Below are positions 59,019 through 64,000 of a stretch of 64,000 nt of DNA, one piece after another (positions within the stretch are counted from its first letter, which is position 1; each line of letters starts with the position of its first letter). Under the pieces are notes generated by a model. That model ran no database searches. It was not told the origin of the DNA and saw only the letters and a program-made list of their open reading frames with translations. Position numbers and translations under genes: made by a program. The stretch spans positions 28,274 to 92,273 of the forward strand of contig NZ_CALHIF010000039.1 of the NCBI RefSeq assembly GCF_938030755.1, read 5' to 3'. The stretch is from an uncultured Granulicatella sp. (GTDB taxonomy: Bacteria; Bacillota; Bacilli; Lactobacillales; Aerococcaceae).

Positions 59019-59755
59019 TGAGCGAAGCAGTAATTTCCATTCAAAACTTAAGTAAAACTTTTGGTACTAATGAAGTTCTTAAAGATATTTCTTTTGAAGT
59101 AAAACAAGGCGAAGTAGTAACGATTATCGGATCAAGTGGTTCTGGTAAATCAACCCTCTTGCGTTGTGTCAACTTACTCGAAAAACCAACTTCAGGAAAA
59201 ATTTCCTACAATGGCAAAAATATTCTTGAACATGACAAGAGCATTTACGAATACCGTACACACGTAGGAATGGTATTCCAACAATTTAACTTATTTAACA
59301 ACTTAAACGTGTTAGAAAACTGTATCGTTGGACCTATGAAAGTGTTGAAAAAATCAGAAGAGGAAGCAGAAAAAATCGCAAAAGAATTCCTTGAAAAAGT
59401 AGGAATGTCTGCGTACATTAATGCAAAACCTCGTCAATTATCAGGTGGTCAAAAACAACGTGTGGCTATCGCGCGTGCATTATCGATGCAACCAGATGTA
59501 TTGCTTTTCGACGAACCAACTTCAGCACTTGACCCAGAAATGGTTAACGAAGTATTAGAAACAATGAAAAGCTTAGCGCACACAGGGCTAACGATGATCG
59601 TTGTAACACACGAAATGGGATTTGCCAAAGAAGTGAGTGATCGTGTTGTCTTCATGGATAAAGGAGTTATCGCAGAAGAAGGAACGCCAGAACAAATCTT
59701 TGAAAATCCTCAAGTAGACCGTACAAAAGAATTTTTAGGACGCGTTCTAAAATAA
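59018..59755 (+). CDS. Amino-acid ABC transporter ATP-binding protein
   Basis: Walker [10 protein letters not shown], signature [15 protein letters not shown], Walker [17 protein letters not shown] overlap with the permease gene. Confidence 0.95.
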   Translation: MSEAVISIQNLSKTFGTNEVLKDISFEVKQGEVVTIIGSSGSGKSTLLRCVNLLEKPTSGKISYNGKNILEHDKSIYEYRTHVGMVFQQFNLFNNLNVLENCIVGPMKVLKKSEEEAEKIAKEFLEKVGMSAYINAKPRQLSGGQKQRVAIARALSMQPDVLLFDEPTSALDPEMVNEVLETMKSLAHTGLTMIVVTHEMGFAKEVSDRVVFMDKGVIAEEGTPEQIFENPQVDRTKEFLGRVLK

Positions 59756-59772
59756 GCGAAATATGCTATAAT

Positions 59773-59805
59773 GAGCTAAGACAGTTTGTCTTGGCTCTTT
59801 TTTTA
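59773..59805 (+). terminator. Rho-independent terminator of the ABC operon
   Basis: Stem GAGCTAAGAC / GTCTTGGCTC (one G-U pair) plus T7. Confidence 0.75.
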
Positions 59806-59842
59806 TGCATGACAAACGAATCAAGTTTGAAGGAGTATCATC

Positions 59843-60316
59843 ATGTTTGAAATACATACAACATCACAAGAGGAGACAATGGAACTAGGCAAGCGTCTAG
59901 GAGAACTGTTATTTGAAAATAGCTGCGTCATTCTAGAAGGAGATTTAGGAGCTGGAAAGACGACTCTTACAAAAGGAATTGCCCTTGGGTTAGGCATCGA
60001 CCGTGTCATTAAGAGCCCAACCTATACATTGATTCGCGAATACCGTAAAGGGCGACTTCCGCTATTTCATATGGATATGTATCGTATTGAAGAAAGTGGC
60101 GGTGCCAGTGAAGTAGGCCTCGAAGAGTACTTCTATGCGGGCGGTGTGTGTGTCGTTGAATGGGCGCAGTATATCGAAGATGAACTTCCTTCGACATTCT
60201 TAAAGGTTCAAATCGACCGTGTAGAAGACGACGAGTCCAAACGTGTGATTCGCTTAGTCCCACATGGAAAAGAGTACGAGGAATTTATTCAAACATTGGA
60301 GGCCAGTAATGAGTAA
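59843..60316 (+). CDS. tsaE: tRNA threonylcarbamoyladenosine biosynthesis ATPase TsaE
   Basis: GDLGAGKTTLTKG P-loop, SPTYTL and HMDMYR motifs of the YjeE/TsaE family. Confidence 0.93.
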   Translation: MFEIHTTSQEETMELGKRLGELLFENSCVILEGDLGAGKTTLTKGIALGLGIDRVIKSPTYTLIREYRKGRLPLFHMDMYRIEESGGASEVGLEEYFYAGGVCVVEWAQYIEDELPSTFLKVQIDRVEDDESKRVIRLVPHGKEYEEFIQTLEASNE

Positions 60317-60833
60317 AGAACGAGAAATTACATTTGCGCTTCCGGTTAAAGACGATGCTAAAGCGCTACTAGATTATAGTAAAAAAGTAGGGAGTGAAAC
60401 AGATTTTCTTTCCTTTGGGCCAGAGGGATTGAAGTATTCTGTCGCTCAAGAAGAACTATTTATCGAATCGCTCTATGAGAACGAAAACCAATATATGTTA
60501 CTGGCAAAAGATGGAGAAGCCATTATCGCTGTCGGTTCCATTGCGGGTAGCTTACATCCTAAATTCTCACACCGGGGAGAGTTAGGAATCAGTGTACTGA
60601 AATCATACTGGGGCCAAGGAATTGCGACCGTCATGATGGAAGAAATGCTTGATTGGGTGAGGGATTATTCAACTCTTTCTCGTGTTGAACTTGAGGTCGT
60701 AGCTATCAATAAAAAGGCCCGTCGCCTCTATGAGAAGTGTGGATTTGAAGAAGAAGGGCAACTTAAGAACGGTGTAAAAATCGGTGACGGATATGAAGAT
60801 ATTATCTTGATGGCGAAGATGATTGAACGATAA
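60309..60833 (+). CDS. GNAT-family N-acetyltransferase
   Basis: Acetyl-CoA loop WGQGIATVMM and the ...KKARRLYEKCGFEEEG motif. ATG 60309 follows GGAGG and overlaps tsaE by 8 nt. Confidence 0.8.
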   Translation: MSKEREITFALPVKDDAKALLDYSKKVGSETDFLSFGPEGLKYSVAQEELFIESLYENENQYMLLAKDGEAIIAVGSIAGSLHPKFSHRGELGISVLKSYWGQGIATVMMEEMLDWVRDYSTLSRVELEVVAINKKARRLYEKCGFEEEGQLKNGVKIGDGYEDIILMAKMIER

Positions 60834-60848
60834 TGATGAGGTGAAAGA

Positions 60849-61547
60849 ATGAAATTTGGAATTATTGCGGCAATGGAAGAAGAAAAACGTCTGCTCGAAG
60901 AAGAGATGACCATTGAGAAGAAAACAACCGTTGCCAATTGGGAGTTTATTGAAGGGACACTTGTTGGAAAGTCAATCGTACTTGTCCAATCTGGAATTGG
61001 AAAAGTGATGTCAGCTCTTGCTGCAGGAATCTTAATTGACCGTTTCGGAGTTGACTTGGTGATGAATACGGGTTCTGCCGGTGGGTTTGGATCTTCTCTT
61101 GAAATCGGAGATATCGTCATTGGAACGGAACTGGCATACTGCGATGCTGACGTAACAGCCTTTAATTACGTTTACGGGCAAATGCCGGGCATGCCAGCGC
61201 GTTTTGCCATGAACCAGGACTTCTTACCGTCCATTGAACAAGCGATTGCTAAGGTGGATTTAAAGAGCCATACTGGCCTTATCGTTTCTTCTGACAGCTT
61301 TATCCATACTCGTGAGCAAAGAACACATATTTTAAAGCACTTCCCAGATGTGATGGCGTCTGAAATGGAAGGAGCCGCAATCGCACAAGCGTGTCACGCA
61401 TTTGGAGTTCCATTTATTGTGATTCGTGCGATTTCAGATATTCCAGAGCGTGGGACCTCTGCTGTTGATTTTGATACATTTATCGTTCAAGCAGGGAAAC
61501 GTTCTGCTCAAATGGTTCATCAATTACTACAAGAATGGGAAGGATAA
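60849..61547 (+). CDS. mtnN: 5'-methylthioadenosine/S-adenosylhomocysteine nucleosidase
   Basis: MKFGIIAAMEEE N-terminus, plus SGIGKV, SEMEGAAIAQ and IRAISD motifs. Confidence 0.94.
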   Translation: MKFGIIAAMEEEKRLLEEEMTIEKKTTVANWEFIEGTLVGKSIVLVQSGIGKVMSALAAGILIDRFGVDLVMNTGSAGGFGSSLEIGDIVIGTELAYCDADVTAFNYVYGQMPGMPARFAMNQDFLPSIEQAIAKVDLKSHTGLIVSSDSFIHTREQRTHILKHFPDVMASEMEGAAIAQACHAFGVPFIVIRAISDIPERGTSAVDFDTFIVQAGKRSAQMVHQLLQEWEG

Positions 61548-61550
61548 AGA

Positions 61551-62492
61551 ATGTTAAATATTGGGATTGTTGGTGTTGGAGCGATTAGTCAAAAAGCGTA
61601 TTTACCTGTGATGCGTTCGATTGGGAATGTCAAATGGTATATGTGTACTCGAAATCAAGAAGTGTTGAATCGAGAATCTAAATTGTTAGGGAGATGTATT
61701 CCTTGCAATACGATTGAAGAATTATTGCAATTTCCTTTAGATGGAGTCTTTATTCATGTGTCTACGAAAGCTCATTTTGAGGTGGCAAAACAATTTTTAG
61801 AAAAAGGAATTCCTGTTTATATCGATAAACCAGTATCTCCTAGTTATGAAAAAACGATGGAATTATATCAACTAGCAAAAAAACACAATACCTTCATCAT
61901 GGCTGGATTTAATAGACGTTTTGCTCCTAAAGTAGAAGTCTTAAAAAGTGTAGAAGACAAGAAGAGAATTATTGCAGAAAAGAACTGTACGGTTGCTTCT
62001 CAAGATACAAGAACTAGAGTCTTTGATGTTTTTATTCATCCTTTAGATACAGCACTATACTTAATGGATTCTCTTCCAACGAATGGTACTTATTTCTATA
62101 AGAAAAAAGACGGGGTATTAGAACAATGTACTGTCTACCTAGAAAATGAAAATGAAACAGCATTGGTTCAATTTAACGAAACTTCAGGAGCAAACTTAGA
62201 AAGAATTGAAGTGCAAAGTACTAGCGGAACCTATTCTCTCAGAAACTTAACTGATTTAGTAATTACGCAAGGTCAAGATGATGTTCTGGATGGATTTACG
62301 AGTTGGGATTCTACATTGTACAAACGTGGATTTGAGACGATTATTCATAGCTTTATCATTGCAGTTCAGACAAAATCAGAAAACCCAGTTTCGGCAAACA
62401 GTAGCTTGTTAAGCCACTTAATTTGCGAAAAAATCGTTACGGCAAAAGCTCCTCAAGGTTTCCTAACATTTGACGTAAACTCATTAGAATAG
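61551..62492 (+). CDS. Gfo/Idh/MocA-family oxidoreductase (MviM-like)
   Basis: Rossmann N-terminus IGIVGVGAISQKAYLP and the ...VYIDKP...GFNRRF pattern of the family. Confidence 0.8.
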   Translation: MLNIGIVGVGAISQKAYLPVMRSIGNVKWYMCTRNQEVLNRESKLLGRCIPCNTIEELLQFPLDGVFIHVSTKAHFEVAKQFLEKGIPVYIDKPVSPSYEKTMELYQLAKKHNTFIMAGFNRRFAPKVEVLKSVEDKKRIIAEKNCTVASQDTRTRVFDVFIHPLDTALYLMDSLPTNGTYFYKKKDGVLEQCTVYLENENETALVQFNETSGANLERIEVQSTSGTYSLRNLTDLVITQGQDDVLDGFTSWDSTLYKRGFETIIHSFIIAVQTKSENPVSANSSLLSHLICEKIVTAKAPQGFLTFDVNSLE

Positions 62493-62526
62493 TAGTATTA
62501 AAAGGATTACGATTAAGGAGAATAGT

Positions 62527-63438
62527 ATGGACTATACAATATTTTCAAAAGAGTTTCCGAATGTAAAAGTTTTTTACAACGAACCACTTAAAAATTATAC
62601 ATTTACAAAAACAGGTGGCCGTGCTGCCATTCTGATTTTTCCAAAAAATAAAAAAGAAGCAAGCGCAGTGATGCATTGGCTTCGCGAAAAAAATATTCCA
62701 ACGACGATTCTAGGAAACGCATCGAACGTCATTATTAAAGATGGCGGTATTAGCGGTGCTGTGATTATGTTAAACGATATGTCTCATTTAACGGTATCGG
62801 GTACACAAATCGTCGCTGAAGGCGGAGTAGCCTTAATTGATGTGTCAAAAGAAGCGGCAAAAAATGGATTAACAGGCTTGGAATTTGCTTGTGGCATTCC
62901 AGGAAGTGTCGGTGGAGCGATTTTCATGAACGCTGGGGCATACGGCGGTGAAGTAAGTGAAGTCGTTGAGTACGTGGAAGTGATTACTCCGGATGGGGAA
63001 TTCAAAACTTATACCAACGAAGACTTAGACTTCAGCTATCGTCATAGCCTTGTTCAAAAAACAGGCGATCTAGTGATTGAAGTAGGGTTCCGATTAACAG
63101 AGGGCGTTCAAGAAGAGATTGACCAAAAAGTAGCGGAATTAACGCATTTACGCCAGACTAAACAACCGCTTGAGTATCCTTCTTGCGGCAGCGTGTTTAA
63201 ACGTCCCCAAGGGCATTTTACAGGAAAACTAATCCAAGACGCTGGACTTCAAGGCCATCAAATCGGTGGCGTGCAAGTCTCTAAAAAGCATGCTGGATTT
63301 ATGGTGAATATTGATAACGGAACAGCAACGGACTATATGGATTTAATCCGTTATGTTCAAAAAGTGATTTTAGAAAAAGACGGTGTTGCTCTAGAGCCAG
63401 AAGTACGTATTATTGGAGAAGAGCCAACATCGAAATAG
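62527..63438 (+). CDS. murB: UDP-N-acetylenolpyruvoylglucosamine reductase
   Basis: FAD-binding PCMH domain (TFTKTGG, LGNASNV), plus GSVFKRP and the MurB C-terminal domain. Confidence 0.95.
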   Translation: MDYTIFSKEFPNVKVFYNEPLKNYTFTKTGGRAAILIFPKNKKEASAVMHWLREKNIPTTILGNASNVIIKDGGISGAVIMLNDMSHLTVSGTQIVAEGGVALIDVSKEAAKNGLTGLEFACGIPGSVGGAIFMNAGAYGGEVSEVVEYVEVITPDGEFKTYTNEDLDFSYRHSLVQKTGDLVIEVGFRLTEGVQEEIDQKVAELTHLRQTKQPLEYPSCGSVFKRPQGHFTGKLIQDAGLQGHQIGGVQVSKKHAGFMVNIDNGTATDYMDLIRYVQKVILEKDGVALEPEVRIIGEEPTSK

Positions 63439-63454
63439 GCAAAGGAGGGTTATT

Positions 63455-63994
63455 GTGAAAGACGGACTGTTTAAAACGATTCTCTATACCATTCTTGGGA
63501 TTGGAATTATGACAGCGTTAATGACATTAACATCGATTACAACACCAATTGAGGGAGTATATATACAATTGGCATATGGCTACCTTGCGCTCTTTGCAGG
63601 TGTTGCAGGCGCGATTCCAGCAGCCATTGTCGGTTTCACTGGGCATGTATTGTTTGATTTAATCTATACGGATCATTTATGGATTTCATGGGCTATAAGT
63701 TCAGCGGCGTTAGGTTTTATATTTGGTTTTGCGATTCGAAGAAGTAGCCTTCGACAAGGAGTGTTTTCAAAACACGATATGATTCGATTTAACGTGGTTC
63801 AAGCGGCAGTGAATATTGCAATCTTTGGGTTGATTGCCCCAACCTTAGATGTTTTATTCTATCAGTCTTCTACAACCATTGTATTTACTCAAGGCTGGAT
63901 AGCAAGTATTCTAAATTTATTAACCGTCGCTATTTTTGGAACGATTTCTTTAAAAGCATATGCGACCTACAAATTAAAACAAAACAAGCAATAG
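63455..63994 (+). CDS. ECF-transporter S-component-like membrane protein (substrate unknown)
   Basis: ~180-aa protein with 5-6 TM helices. GTG 63455 follows AAGGAGGG. The track start at 63413 lies inside murB. Family assignment rests on topology and size only. Confidence 0.6.
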   Translation: MKDGLFKTILYTILGIGIMTALMTLTSITTPIEGVYIQLAYGYLALFAGVAGAIPAAIVGFTGHVLFDLIYTDHLWISWAISSAALGFIFGFAIRRSSLRQGVFSKHDMIRFNVVQAAVNIAIFGLIAPTLDVLFYQSSTTIVFTQGWIASILNLLTVAIFGTISLKAYATYKLKQNKQ

Positions 63995-64000
63995 AAAAGC

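Noticed and set aside
1-64000. Search for CRISPR arrays, IS elements/transposases, integrases, prophage genes, toxin-antitoxin pairs, restriction-modification or other defence genes, rRNA/tRNA genes
   Set aside because: I recognised none in any frame. All long ORFs are accounted for by housekeeping families except the 486-aa orphan. Small hydrophobic type I toxin-like ORFs were looked for in the 970-1543 spacer and not found.

Overview
This 64-kb window is a chromosomal core segment of a low-GC Firmicute. Gene content points to the order Lactobacillales; I cannot name the genus from sequence alone. Only 3 of about 70 genes lie on the minus strand. I saw no rRNA or tRNA genes, CRISPR array, IS element, prophage or recognisable defence island.

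The window reads as a chain of conserved Bacillus-type synteny blocks:
- PTS cellobiose EIIC-EIIB-EIIA
- (HD-fused) 5-formyl-THF cyclo-ligase, rhomboid GluP, glucokinase, rhodanese
- M-box riboswitch and MgtA
- Ohr, a GNAT, an AT-rich orphan gene and a VanZ-like gene
- a complete comGA-GG competence pseudopilus operon
- rodZ-pgsA-cinA-recA
- MOP flippase, pseudouridine synthase, pepV, ezrA
- the extracytoplasmic methionine-sulfoxide repair cluster ccdA, thioredoxin lipoprotein and msrAB, with an AraC-type two-component system
- T-box-alaS, ireB-ruvX-DUF1292-mltG-udk-greA
- liaFSR
- nanE, PTS EIICB, rpiR, EIIA
- lexA divergent from ynzC-tkt
- ymdB-mutS-mutL-msrB
- phosphoketolase
- a lysine riboswitch controlling an amino-acid ABC transporter
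- tsaE, GNAT, mtnN, Gfo/Idh/MocA oxidoreductase, murB and an ECF S-component

I cannot support a clear-cut novel multi-gene system here. The leads most worth a second look are:
1. a GC-rich, GGAACG-repeat structured insert between the binding-protein and permease genes of the L-box-controlled ABC operon
2. a 27-codon upstream ORF, translationally coupled to mgtA, downstream of the M-box terminator
3. an HD-phosphohydrolase::5-FCL gene fusion preceded by a 570-bp hairpin-dense spacer
4. a ~210-bp nested-palindrome element after xfp
5. an AT-rich 486-aa orphan gene
6. a Met-rich tether on the secreted thioredoxin lipoprotein

All functional calls come from by-eye motif recognition and synteny. 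No searches were run.
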